Counted from the first letter of the stretch, positions 51,417 to 63,686 are shown. The stretch: DNA of 64,000 nucleotides from Paecilomyces variotii (GCA_004022145.1 RCNU01000009.1), one strand, 5' to 3'. Notes: generated by a model not told the origin, from the sequence alone. Numbers and translations are program-made.

Positions 51417-52780
51417 GCGTTGTATAAAAAAAATACAAAAAAATGAAACTTGTTTGGTCTGCATCCGGTCGGTTTGGGTTTCTGTTGCGCTGCTGTTACG
51501 ACTTAGTTCGAACACCATGGTTTGAGGCTACACGGATGGACGTCTCTTGCGTGGTCGACTAACCGTCGGGTTATTTCCGACTTACGATTCAAGCACCTCC
51601 GCCGTGGATGTCGCCCATCTGGGGCTGCCTCTCCACATTCGCTCTCTACGATCATTCACGGGATTTATTTTTCACTGGCGCGACTAGGTGGGAAAGGATC
51701 GAGTCACGACTGCTTCTGTTTTCCAGGATTGCCCGCAGCGGCACTATCCTCACTATTCCGTTCATTTCACATAGACTCACTCACTGTTCCATTCTCGACA
51801 ATCTTGCACGTCCCGTTCTCAGATACCTCTACTCTCGATCATCCGGCTGTTTCCGGTTTTTGTTTTTACCGTCCCTCAGCCTTCAAACTCGCGATGATTC
51901 CCACCTGGCTACCAGGAGTCACGAGTTTCGCGCAATGGGTTGTGTCATTGTTGTGCATATATGGACTATTCCCCCTTTGATTATCCGCGAACAATAGCCG
52001 GAAAGGCATGTCGTGGGAATCCGGTTGTTCCTGTCTTCTAGATTTTTCTCTTCCAGTTCGACGGGGTTGATTTGGATGCACATCTGCATCACAACTTTCC
52101 TCTGTGTATCTATGTAATATCTTTCTGACAAGAGTCAGCAATCAAATCAAAAAAGCGTTGATTTAGGCACTGCTCTAACCGTGACCAATTGACACTAGTG
52201 ATGCAGTATCTATCAACAGGCATAAGAAATGATGTCAATTCTGATTCTCGGTGACACTACTGAAGGAACCGTGCACAAAATTGGCACCGTGAAGATCCCG
52301 CACTTGGAAGGCTCTAAAACCGCTGATCAGCAGCATCAGATAAAAATAACTCTTCTCTTGAACTTCTTCTCTACCAGGAGGCATCAACATGATGTAAGAC
52401 TACCTCTCGGAACCAGCTCGTCCCGTTAAGAAATCCAACACGGTGAAGCCCTGGCTCAAACATATCTGAAACTCGAACTACTTACCCGACATGGCTACAA
52501 ATTCCCAGGAGTTTTTACTTGACAAGGTATCGTGGATTAGTATCTCTTACTTGTTCCGGTAGGTTCTGAGTCTGAAAATAGTATCCAGTTCGATCTTTTG
52601 TTAGAGAACTGGGTATTCTGCGTTGGAAGGGGAGGGGAGAGGAGTATGAGTTTGAGAATCATAGCGGTGGTCTAGGGAGAGAGGGATGAGAAATCCTGGT
52701 TTAGCTTCGTTTGTAGTCTGCTGAATTCCTTGTCTTGTTCTTTTGTTGCATTTCCAAGGGAAAGTAGTGTGTATTAGAAG

Positions 52781-52782
<2 letters not shown>

Positions 52783-52814
<32 letters not shown>
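52783..52814. repeat. (TTA)n trinucleotide microsatellite
   Basis: About 10 TTA units followed by TTC units. Confidence 0.9.
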
Positions 52815-52815
<1 letters not shown>

Positions 52816-52988
52816 TTCTTCTTTTTTTTCAGGATATATTTGCGATTCCTACGGATCATCATCATAATCATTGGCGGGGATCACCATCACCATCAACATC
52901 GTTACCGTCACTTTTGCCATCATAAATCGGAAAGGAACCTAAATCTCTCTTATCTATAGAGCAATCAATCCCAACCCTTGAAAGCGAA

Positions 52989-54092
52989 ATGCCACGACAA
53001 CGCCACCCCCAACTCACAACCCTCCTCATCCTTCTTCTCCTTTTCGAATTCCTTTCCTGCTCTCTTGTCGTCGTCGTCGACGCCTCATCCATGGCTATAA
53101 CGCATAAACTGGACCCGATGATGATGCGCATGTTATACGGCCAGATGGTTAAGAGGAAAGATGATAATTTACAGGTGTGCTCTGCTCTGGACTTGTTGTA
53201 TTGGGCGGTTTTTATATTCCGTGGATAATACTGATCGGTTTTGCGGGTGAGAAAAGGTGTTTAAAGGAGTTATGGGAGCAGCTGCACCGGCGGTAAGAGA
53301 GTATTTCTTTTTTGTTTCTCTTTTGAGCTCTATTCTGTCGAAAATGGCGTGTGGGGGTTTCTTGAAGTTCTCGAGCGTTCGCTGATGGCATGTTGGTACA
53401 TACATATATTAGATCACGGATACAGGAAATCCGGAGAGACCATTTGGCGTCGATGGGGATACGTTTGTGAGTTTCTATTCCCTTCTAGGATTATGGTTAT
53501 TTTTATTTTCTAATTTGCTCTTTTCTTGCTAGACGGATTTCCAATCTGCAGGAGAGAGAAGGTTAGTCGTGGCAGTAGCAGTACCATGCTTATACACATG
53601 CTAGCAGGCTGCCGTATATGATTGATTTTTTCATATCAGACCTTACTAACATGTTTCCTCTACAGCTGCGATAACCAATTCAACAGCTGTCAACTTGTTA
53701 GAGAAACCCTATCTATGATTTTCATACCACTCGCATAAGCTGACAATACATACGCAGAAAGCGAATACGAACAAAACCTCGAATTTCACAGTGAAAGATT
53801 GCGAGAGTCAGCAGAGTCAGTCGAATGAATTCTTTATTACACCATCCATCCATCCTTTCTTTTCAATTAACGCTACTCCGTATACTTCCCCGCGAATTGA
53901 TTCATGAAGGGTAGGTAATCAGGCTGACAAGTTTGCGATCTGTCTACAGAACAATGCCGTCTCGCTCAGTCGGCCGCTTCCGTGACTCGATTCGCTGCCA
54001 TCGCGGACGTGACGAATGCAGCGCCTGAGCCGCAGCAGACGTTTCCATTTGATGAAGAATTCGATATTGTTTGTGATGTCCCTGATGTCTGA
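52989..54092 (+). CDS. Small secreted Cys-containing protein, 7 exons, 178 aa
   Basis: Exons 52989-53174, 53257-53292, 53413-53466, 53533-53561, 53666-53696, 53758-53815, 53950-54092 join in frame (537 nt). Hydrophobic signal peptide, KR site, then DNLQVFKGVMGAAAPAITDTGNPERPFGVDGDTFTDFQSAGERSCDNQFNSCQLKAN...DCESQQKQC...FDIVCDVPDV. Confidence 0.82.
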
Positions 54093-54746
54093 TGGATGGA
54101 TTAAAGAAGGGAGTATTGGGTTTGATGTTTAGGATGCCCTTTTTCGGAGCTATACGCATGAGATCAAGAGTATGATTAATTGATGGAGACGGGATGAGAT
54201 GACCAAGTACTGTCTGTGTACTAACTACTACTGTACAATACATTAGAAAGGGGGAGGACGTAAGGAGGCCGAGTTGAGTACAGCTAGCTACCTAATCTGC
54301 AGAATCCACTCCAACCACACGATACGATCCACAAACACCATATTCTCCCTCAATAGTGAATTGACACATACCTCTCCAAAGTTAAAACCCAATCTCCACC
54401 CACAATCTACTCGTAGACACGCGAGAAAACAACCTCCCTCGATAGATCTGCGCGGCTGGCTGCCTCAGGAATGCTATATGCGCGAATCGGGACTAGCGCA
54501 GGGGTCTATCCGCGTGACGTCGTGACAAAAGACTAGTCTATCTAACGCGAATCTCGACCTTTTGACGCGGAGTGGCTGGTACAAAACTTGTTGATTTTAG
54601 ATCTGGATAGACGTTATTACTCTCACTCTATCCATCTATCTACCCGAAGGACCCTTTGACCAAGAAGAAGAAGAAGACGCAACGAAGCTCTTACATCGCT
54701 TACAAACGCAACAAAGTCATCATCCGAGAAGAAAACAAAAAGTATA

Positions 54747-55645
54747 ATGTCCGTCTCCGCGCTCCCTCATCCAACACACATCCCACTCCAGAACTCGTTC
54801 CATTACGTACCTGCGCGTTCCTCGCCGCTGGCTCCGCGCGATGCGAGTCGCACATCTCGACTGATGATGCCGATGTCCGAATCATCTTCTTCATCCCCAG
54901 CTCCGAAATCAGGGATTTTTTCGAATTTCAACTTCAACACTTCATCCTCAACCACTACTACTACCAGTGGCAAGGATGATCAAAACCCCCAGACCCGATT
55001 CGAATTCGGAAGCTTCTCGAACAACACTCCCAAATCATCCGCATACGCCCAGCGGTACGCGTCTCAAGTCTCCAATCCAGCGAGCAAAGTCGCCTCTCGC
55101 GGCACCACGTCCGCATCAGAAGCAGCGCGCGCTAAGCGTCGAGATATGTTCCTGAGCCGCGTGAAGCGAGATCGGGAAGCTGGTCGACTCGATGCGCGCG
55201 GCGAGCAGCTCATGATGATGGAGTATATGGCGGAGCAGAAGCAGTGGGGAGAGATTATGAGTCGTCGTGCGGATGGGATTTTGAGAGAGTACGGTCACGG
55301 TCTCGATGAAGAGGGGGAGGAAGTTGAGGAACGTGGTGATGTGATAGGTATGTAACCAACTAACTACATGATTGCCATTTACTCTTGGGATCAATGGGAT
55401 GTGGAGCTGACGGAAGAGCAGATGAGGCGGATATGTACGCTTTGGATGAGTACATCTCGCAGGAACATGAGATGGAGGAGGCCCTTGAGGAATTGGCTCC
55501 GCAGAATGCGCCCTCGTCACCGCGCAGCGAGCGGGATTCGTTTTACAGCGACGATGACTATGATGATATCTTCATGGATCTGGCGGACCATGTTCAAGGC
55601 GCTGGACACCTGCAACATAGTCAGGACATGGATATGAGTGGCTGA
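54747..55645 (+). CDS. Hypothetical protein with a basic helical segment and acidic tail, 2 exons
   Basis: ORFs 54747-55355 and 55385-55645 join in frame across intron 55348-55421 (GTATGT...GCTGAC...CAG). Segments RRDMFLSRVKRDRE and YSDDDYDDIFMDL. Confidence 0.72.
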
Positions 55646-56055
55646 TCGTCCTAACGAGACTTCTCAACTTTTTTGTTTTCTTTCTTGCATTGGGTGGCGT
55701 TGGAGTGACTTTCATTGTGCGGCGTTATGGGGTCGGTCTAATCTTCTGGACTCGTGGTTCGAGACCTATGTTCATTCTTGAATGTCTCTGTGTGGGCCTA
55801 AGATCGGCCACATGTGGTGTCTGCCATGGTACATATTTTGTGCAGATAAAAGGGGGTATCAGAAGTATGGGCTATGTATATACAAATCGTGCCTGCGCAA
55901 GTGACATAGATCATAATCTATTATAACGACCTGTGGTCATCGAGTAAATGTGCCCAACCAATCAATCGCAGAGAGGGTCCTGTCTCCCGCTAAGTGTCCG
56001 AAAAAAGGAAAAAAAGACACGTAAAGAGTTATGGGATATACAAAATCCTAGCAGC

Positions 56056-57366
56056 TCACTGCGTCGGGCAATCCGGGGGAAGTTGTCCATCGCCTCCGGT
56101 GCCCTTAAGTTCCTCAGCTAAAGGATTTGCGATGAGATCCTCAGGCGGGCTGCCAGCTGCTTGCATCTGTTTGGAGAAAATCGTTAGCATTTCGTCTACA
56201 AGTCAAATCAATCTCCGGAAAATGGGGTTGCAGTACCTCCTGCATCCTGTCCCAGATATACGTCCTGCATTCGGGCTTATCATCGGAGTACCCCTCCTCG
56301 TCGAACTTGGCTACAATCTCTCTCACAACGCGCGCTTGTGTCCGGTACCGCGCCATATCCTCCGCCGGCACCTTATCCTTGTTCTCTTCAAGCCAAGGGC
56401 CGAACTTGCCGTCCAGTTCCTTGATCGGCTCGTACAGAAGATCTTTGTTGGACAACTGCTGCATCATTCCAAGGAACATCTTGTTCAGATCCATGTCGTC
56501 ACCACCACTACCTGCACCTGCTTCCAGCGCCTTCAGCAACTGAGAGACCATATCATCGTTAAGACCCTCCTCTGTAGCTTCAGCAGTGGCGCGGTCTCCG
56601 GACTCCTGCATCCGCTGCATCGTTCGTCGGATCGTATCCTGGAACGATTCTGGCTGGGCTGAAGAAGCTCCAGCAGCTCCTGCACTTGGCTCTGCCTCCG
56701 TCTTTGTAGCACCAGCAGGGCCATCTTTTTGCTTCTGGGCGGCTGGAGAGACAGTCTCAGACAGGAGCTGCTTGAGAAAGTCTTCTGCCCCAATCCCACT
56801 CTCCTGTAGTTGCTTGGAAAGCTCATCAATCTCTTTATCAATCATACTTTCTTGCGCCTTCAAGTCTGGCGCGCCCTCTCCTACTGCAGCTGCTAGCCCT
56901 GCGTCGCCTGCGCCCTTACCGCCACCCATGAGACTGGCCATCATATCGGCCTCGAGCTGTTTTAGAAAAGCTTCCTCATCGAAACCGCCGGCTGCTGAAG
57001 CCGCACTGGCTTCTGGCTTACTAGGTTCCGAAGCAGGAGCTTTCTCTGCAGTTGTCGACTTGGGCTTGTTGAAATCATCCAGGACCTCTGCAAGATAGAT
57101 CAGTCAGTCAGTCAGTGGCGCCAAACAAACATTTGAGGTAACGCTCGCAAGCGGAATAAGCTGCAGAATTCGCCCATACCATCTAATTCTCCCCAATCAG
57201 AATCATCTTCGTCGCCAGCATCAGCAGCTGCACTGGGCGCCGGATTCGATGCGGTCTTCCCGGCAGTATCGGGAGCAGATGTCGAGGCAGACCGAGGCTC
57301 GGTATTCGCCTGTGTGGTGGCAGGGTCGGGCGCGCTGGCCGTCTCGACAGGCGTCTCTTTCTCCAT
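56056..57366 (-). CDS. PEX19: Peroxisomal membrane protein receptor/chaperone Pex19, 3 exons
   Basis: N-terminal DWGELD/EVLDDF motif, QLSNKDLLYEPIKEL, MQE/MQAAGSPPEDL, C-terminal CaaX box CPTQ before TGA at 56056. Confidence 0.94.
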
Positions 57367-58579
57367 TTCCCCAATAAGAAAGCTGAAATAGAAAAAAGAC
57401 TGAAAGGGAGGGGAGGGGAGGGGGGGAAGGAAGTTCTTGCGTGCGCTTTTCTGCAGAATAATGCAACCGGTGTTTTGTCGAGTTGGGAAACGCCTTCACT
57501 CCGCATGAGGGGATTTACTTGGGTGGCCGCGGGGAAGAAGTGCTGTCACCGATCGCCGCGGTTGGTCGATCTAAACTCGGAGTAGCTTTGCCGCTGTGTG
57601 AGGTCGCCTTTTACTCATACCGAATCTGGGAACTGGTAAAGAGCTTTATTTTTTTCTTATATCTGCGAGGGTTTTACGATATATCTTAGCACTTTCAATG
57701 GAGCATCTATGCGATCAGGCCAGCACCGTTTTTAAATATATCAAGTTGACTCCTTACTTCTCAAGATTTTTTTCTATTTATCTAGATGCACACACAGTCT
57801 CAGTCATTCTATCGAAATATGGGGTCCACCTCCCTTCTAAATCTAGAGTTAAGCAAGGAACTAGCATGGTCTGCTAGAGGTCCAATATAACTCTTCGCTT
57901 TTTAAATACACTCAATCTCCGTGGATTCGCCCACGTTGCTACCCATCTCACAACGCCTATGCATTCGTCTTTATCTAATTTATCAGCCTCTCATAAATCA
58001 GAAGGAAATCAGCTATCGCGGGGAGACGTAGTCATATCAATCAAAAAAAAAAGAAAGAAAGAAAAGAAAAAAAAAGAACCCCTGTAGTTGCGTGGAGCAG
58101 CCATATTTATAACCAATTCAACTGAACAGCTGGATAGAGCAAAATATTTGCGGAACATAGGTTTTCTTGATATAGATGAAGTAAATTGTGAGCAATATGA
58201 CGTTTCTAGCTCTCCCGAGGCCATTTTCGAAATCCAGGACCTAAAAACTAGGCAGACGGCATTGGGCGGCTTACACGTAGACGACTGGATGAAGGAAAGT
58301 AGTATAACTGGACCGAAAAATTAAAAGGACAAGTTACTTTCAGCCAAGACGAACGAGCAGTCCAGTATCTCATGAAAGAAGGAGATAAAGGAGATCCAAT
58401 CCTTAAATAATACAGAAGCGACCGATGTACTTTGTCGAGTTCACCGGGTTACCGTTACCCTCCCATGGCTCACCTAGAGGCATAGGAGAAAATATCGACA
58501 ATTGAAATGGGCTACCGGAAGCCCTAAGAGCGAGGATATATCAACGCAGATTGTCTGTATTCTCGGTGGTGTCTGGGGA

Positions 58580-58813
58580 TTATGCCCAATTTTTCCGTTG
58601 GGACATAACTAAGGGTTTCCCCGATGCAAGTATATTCCCATAGCATGCGTTGCAGAGTAGGTTATCCCAGTTTCCATCAATGATAGTTACTAGCTTGGCT
58701 TTCTTATCTTGCTTGCAACGGGTACACTGAAAATTCGTGCTCTGGGAGAGTCGGTACTGTTGTAGTGAGCCACGTGGAGGATATGCTTTAACAATGTCGT
58801 CTGAAATAGGCAT
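58580..58813 (-). CDS. Small intronless protein with CxxC...CxxC putative zinc site (77 aa)
   Basis: ATG at 58813 in ACCATG context: MPISDDIVKAYPPRGSLQQYRLSQSTNFQCTRCKQDKKAKLVTIIDGNWDNLLCNACYGNILASGKPLVMSQRKNWA. Confidence 0.7.
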   Translation of the reverse strand: MPISDDIVKAYPPRGSLQQYRLSQSTNFQCTRCKQDKKAKLVTIIDGNWDNLLCNACYGNILASGKPLVMSQRKNWA

Positions 58814-61694
58814 GGTTGAGGAATTCAAATCAGTAAGCTCTCGATGCTTTTGGAAAATGTATCCGTTAACTGATTAAGGCCACCGATAGATGGTAGTAAA
58901 AAGGCTAAGTTTCTATCCTCAGTGGGAGGAGTAGCTAAATATTAATACCTACACAAAGCTGACTACCTACTTACGCAATTACCCCGCTCTACCGACTATG
59001 CCGCGGTGATACCTAGAATCTATATATATGATATGATATATATGATATAATTTACTTGATGAATATACCTATTGGTCACTTGCACTATTACTGTTCATTA
59101 TAGTAGACAGGCTCGTTCGTTAACCAGCGAAGTAAATTGGCCTGTATCAATGAGTGATAAAAAAACGATCGATAAGTTTTCAAATACACCCAATAAATAA
59201 CAGGACGGCGGTAGCCCAGCTCTTGATGGATTATATCTATCTCCAGAAAGCGCAGATAAGACCCAAGTAAGAAAGCATTTACGTGGATATACGTATACGT
59301 CCCGAAGCCCAAGTCTTTACTTAAAAAAAAGCGATCTTTGATTTCGACATAGTTCGTGTCATTGCGGGTACGAAAGCAGCATATAATTAGGTGACCTCAC
59401 GATGGTATATCCACTGAAGATATCGGCTAGATAGATTCTGAGAATGATATGCAACGTAGGTAAATTAAACCCTTACCAGGCTGAAGTTGCTTGCATAACG
59501 CTTGCATTTTCTTGCAATCTCGGATTATTTATCATCACGGGTGGCACGTGCCTGCAGGGTTTAGTTACCTGTATGATGATGATAATAATAGAATTTTGGT
59601 CTCAGAAGGGGTTTGTAGTTCGATCTCCTTTCATTGTGGGTGTGAATCGTTCTGATCTGTAGAGAAGAAGTCCATTAGGGTAGGGAGCATCACAACTCTA
59701 TTCAAGACGGTCAATCTATAAGAGCCGGCAACGGCGTCCTCGAATTTCCAGCAATAGATTGAATCGAAGCGCTAGTGCTCAGATCTGGTAATAACGATCA
59801 TCGATGCGTCCATCTGATATCCATGGCCCAGGGACATACTCTACGAAGGTGGGCCCGATTGCACGTGGATGGCCAACGCGTCCGTGAGATCTATAAGTAG
59901 ATCTCCACACGGACCTTTACTGATACTGTACGGAGTAGCAAGGATCAGGATTACCTATCGAATCGACGAATAATCTCCGCGGCTTGAACGAGTCAGTCAA
60001 CCCTGATGCCTGGTTTGCGCGATACCTTTTCGCGGGCCACTCTTTCTCGCCAAGTGTTCGGGATTGAGCGGTACGAGCATGACAATTGATTCGACAATGT
60101 CTTCTGGATATCGAATCTCTCCACCACTTGAAGTCATACGGGAGAAAAGGGCTCAGCTCAGCATCTTGTAGAGGCCGAGAGGTTGAGCTCATCCTTGACG
60201 GAGGTCTCCGGCCCTCGACCACGGCCTAGGACTTGAAGGGAAAGTGCACACGACCGGCTTGGCGCCGATCTCGTTTTCGCCTGGCTTCACCTTCACGGTT
60301 TCACCCCTCTTCGGCTGAGGAGGAATTAAGAGGAGAGCCGTGAGGTGCATCAACGAAAGGCTGGCCAGTGTGACTTTTGTTGTTGTGCCACTGTCGTATT
60401 CAAATATTCTTGCCTGCACGGGATTCGGGGTCTCGTGACTGTGAGTGACCTGCTGATGTTGCGCTTCTCCAATCCCAACGCGCCGCATTTTTTCGCCATC
60501 TTGGGCGGTGGCTGCGAAAAGCTTGTCCATTGAGGCCTCAAGTTGAGGACTGCGCATGGGAGCAGGGCGGTATGCTCTGAGCGAGGATGAAGACCATCGC
60601 AGAGATCGATTTCAAGATCCATTGACTGCCCGGTCGAGGATTTGTCGACCTGCGACTTTCCAGACCGACAAGTCATGGAATCATGGATTCATGGAATTTC
60701 TGTCTGGCCCGACCGCTATTTAAAGACATGGACTTTCAGACAAAACTGCAATGCATACGAGCGTCGACCTGCGATCTGACCGTCCGTATGATCCTGAATC
60801 AGACCAGGATGATGAACTCTGTGCAGCCCGCGTCAGAGTGATGGCAGCGGTCGACGCTTGTGCTCCCGGTATCGGCCCTACCATCGACATGGATTGAAAG
60901 AAAGGATATCCGGCGCTTGTCCCTCGCAGAGAAGAGCAAAAGACGGTTCCTAACGGCTGCTCCCATGTGTGTTGGTTGTCCGCGTGTACTATAAGAGCAC
61001 AGGTACCTGGCTAGGCACTGTCCTCGAGTTGATAGTCAGCGATCAGATACAGAGTAGTTATGTAGATAGATAGATAGACAGATGGCCAGGACCCCGTTTC
61101 TCTTCAGATCCAGATCTACCCGTACTAACTACTAGTTATACCGGCGCTTCTCCGCGGAGGACAGGGGACACTAACCAGTTCATAGTTAGTTAGTTAGTCG
61201 AGGATGACGAACAAAACGGCATCCCCTCGTGGCCACCCCACCACCAGTTGCTCGTCGTCGTCGCAGCCAAGCGAGAAGAAAGAGATCTGCTCAGCGGTGG
61301 TTCGTTCAGTGGATCGTTCTCGAGCCGGACGCCCCCCTCCTAGAAGCGCAGAAGAAGAAAAAAGGCCAGCTCACGGGCCGAGGCGAGCGTCTTAAGGCGC
61401 TGCCTGACCCGGAAAGACTTTTTTTCTCCCATCGCGTCGCTTTTTTCTTAGTAAATAATTTTACCTCACGTCTTCCCCTGTTTTCCTCCAGCTTTTTCTT
61501 ATCGTCGGCTGTCACGCAATTTCTTTTATGTCACAGCTTGCCCTTCCTCGCTCTGTTACTCGCTCTCTCCAGCTGCTCTCGTTCCTGGTGTCCGCACAGC
61601 CGCGCGCTTTCTGCGTCTGAATCCTGAGACCCCGCGGTTATTGTTGATTCCAATTTCCCGCTCGTTCTCACTGGTTTGTCCTCGCGACGCTGCA

Positions 61695-63181
61695 ATGGTC
61701 TCCATGCTCGAGGCCAACGATTCCAGCATCAATAATGACTCGCCCATGGAGACGGTCGTGCCCAAGAGCGAGCCTCCGCGCGACGCTTCCGTCAGCTCGG
61801 CCGTCTCGACGCCCGAGGCAGAAGTAGAGACGCTGACCCAGGATGTTGTCCAGACGCAGAAGAGGAAAGGAGGCAGAAAACCTGTACGTAAGACGAATTG
61901 GTCTCCATCGATCGCCCCAGATGCAGCCCTACGGATGGGGCCCCAATAACTGACAGGAAGCTCTGTAGATCTATGCTACCTCGGAGGAGCGCAAGCAGCG
62001 CAATAGACAGGCCCAGGCTGCCTTCCGCGAGCGGCGCACAGAGTACATCAAGCAGTTGGAGACGACCATTAAGCATAATGAGGAGACGCTCCAGTCTCTA
62101 CAGCAGAGTCACCGTAGTGCAGCAGACGAATGTCTGATGTTGCGATATAAGAATTCGCTGCTGGAGAGAATTCTGCTGGAGAAAGGTAATCGACCGCTAC
62201 CCTACCGCCTCATGGCGACATTTTCTACGCCGGAGAGAGGGAGCTAACCAGTCATCTAGGTATTGATGTACAGGCAGAATTGCGTCTGAAGAGTGCTGCG
62301 CCGGGCATGGCGCCGGTCAAGCCCAACACGATGGTACCAAAACAGCCGGCGCCCCTGGACCGTACGGCAATTCACAGGAATTCCCTTACCAGGCAAAAGG
62401 CTGGAATTGTTCCTAAGCCGGACCTGCCAGGATTGTCCCAGCAGCACCGTGAAGGTGCTTACGGTGTGCAGTCACCTCAACTCCAGCCGACTCCCTCCTC
62501 TCACGTCTCCTCGCCATCGACAGCCAGATCCCCCGGGTTTGGCTTGTCGGGCGCAATGTCTCCAACGAGCACCGAATTCCAGACACAGCAGCAGCAGCAG
62601 CAGCAGCAACATGGCCGTCCGCCGTTACTCCCTCAGCAGCGAAGCTTTAATCAAGGCCCGTCATCGATGGGAATGGCCAGTTCGGATTCCATGGAGCCCG
62701 CCACGTCGCAATCGATGATGTCCGGTGGTACAGCGCCAATCGCTTCCCGCATGTCATCGGCGTACTATCCGTCACCATTCCAAAAGCATTATGACCAACT
62801 AGGCAAGCTGTCCCGTCCCTTCCCTTGTTCTACCCCCATAGTGCTCTGTTCGTCCTAGGTTGATTCCTTTATACAGAGCAGGAGTACGACGCCCAAGCTG
62901 ACCTGCTCGACGACCACGACCAAGACGACACAGTGAACGCCGGTTCCTTCGTACCCGATTTCAACCAGCCTCCCGCCCCGAACGGCTCACGGCGATTAGG
63001 GATGCCGCCTCATTTCAACTCGCAGACCGGAGAAGTCGACCAGAACGCTTACGGTGGGAGCAATAATCCTCTCTTCGGACAATACGAACCGATGCTCGAC
63101 ACGGATCCGTTTGGTCTCAACGCAAGCATGCACTTTCAGACCCCGTACAGTTACGAGCAGAACCAACATCTCCGGCAATGA
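61695..63181 (+). CDS. meaB: bZIP transcription factor, MeaB-like, 4 exons
   Basis: QKRKGGRKP / IYATSEERKQRNRQAQAAFRERRTEYIKQLE...LRYKNSLLERILLEKG / IDVQAEL... / EQEYDAQ...DPFGLNASMHFQ. Introns ~61884-61968, ~62186-62259, 62803-62876 (GC-AG). Symbol from motif recall and recalled gene order next to PEX19 in Aspergilli. Confidence 0.8.
62586..62610 (+). repeat. (CAG)n repeat encoding polyglutamine in the bZIP factor
   Basis: Run of CAG/CAA codons giving TQQQQQQQQH. Confidence 0.85.
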
Positions 63182-63663
63182 AAGTGGCCAAACAGGACGC
63201 TGCCACGAGATGATCTTCACTTTCGCCTGTATACCATTTTTTTTACACTATTGTTTATTTTTCAATTCCCTCTTGTTCCGGTGGCCACGTCATATTCCTG
63301 GGAGACGGAAAGACAAAAGAAAAGTTCTATACCAACGCATTGCTGGGCGTTTAGGGTTGATACCATTTTGATGTTGTTTCTCAGCTGGAGAATCTCCAGG
63401 TAACGCTGTTTTTCCTCTTCTCTTCTCTTCTGGGGTTGTTCTTTTTTTTCCGTAAGTTGGGACGATGGCTTCTCTCTCTCTCGTATGACATACATGATGA
63501 TGGACGTGTACATACATACTCTAGCAGTACCATAGCCATTGCGGGGATCAGAGTAAAGAAAACAGGAATAACAATACAATGAGATATTATTTTAAATGAT
63601 TCTATATTATTATTTTCCATACTGTATGATGCTGGAGTTCAGCAATGTAATAATAATATAATA

Positions 63664-63686
63664 ATGATCATGATCATGATCATGAT
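63664..63686. repeat. Self-complementary (ATGATC)n hexamer repeat
   Basis: atgatcatgatcatgatcatgat downstream of the bZIP gene. Confidence 0.8.

Noticed and set aside
59573-59656. ATGATGA...CTGA as a possible C/D box snoRNA
   Set aside because: The box C match is part of a (GAT)n run; no terminal stem and no rRNA guide that I can identify.
59917-60676. Several 100-120-aa ORFs upstream of meaB
   Set aside because: No motifs or coherent splice model; more likely extended promoter sequence.
61641-61694. In-frame TTG/CTG upstream of the meaB ATG as a non-AUG start
   Set aside because: Poor context at -3 and only 8-18 extra codons; a good ATG follows immediately.
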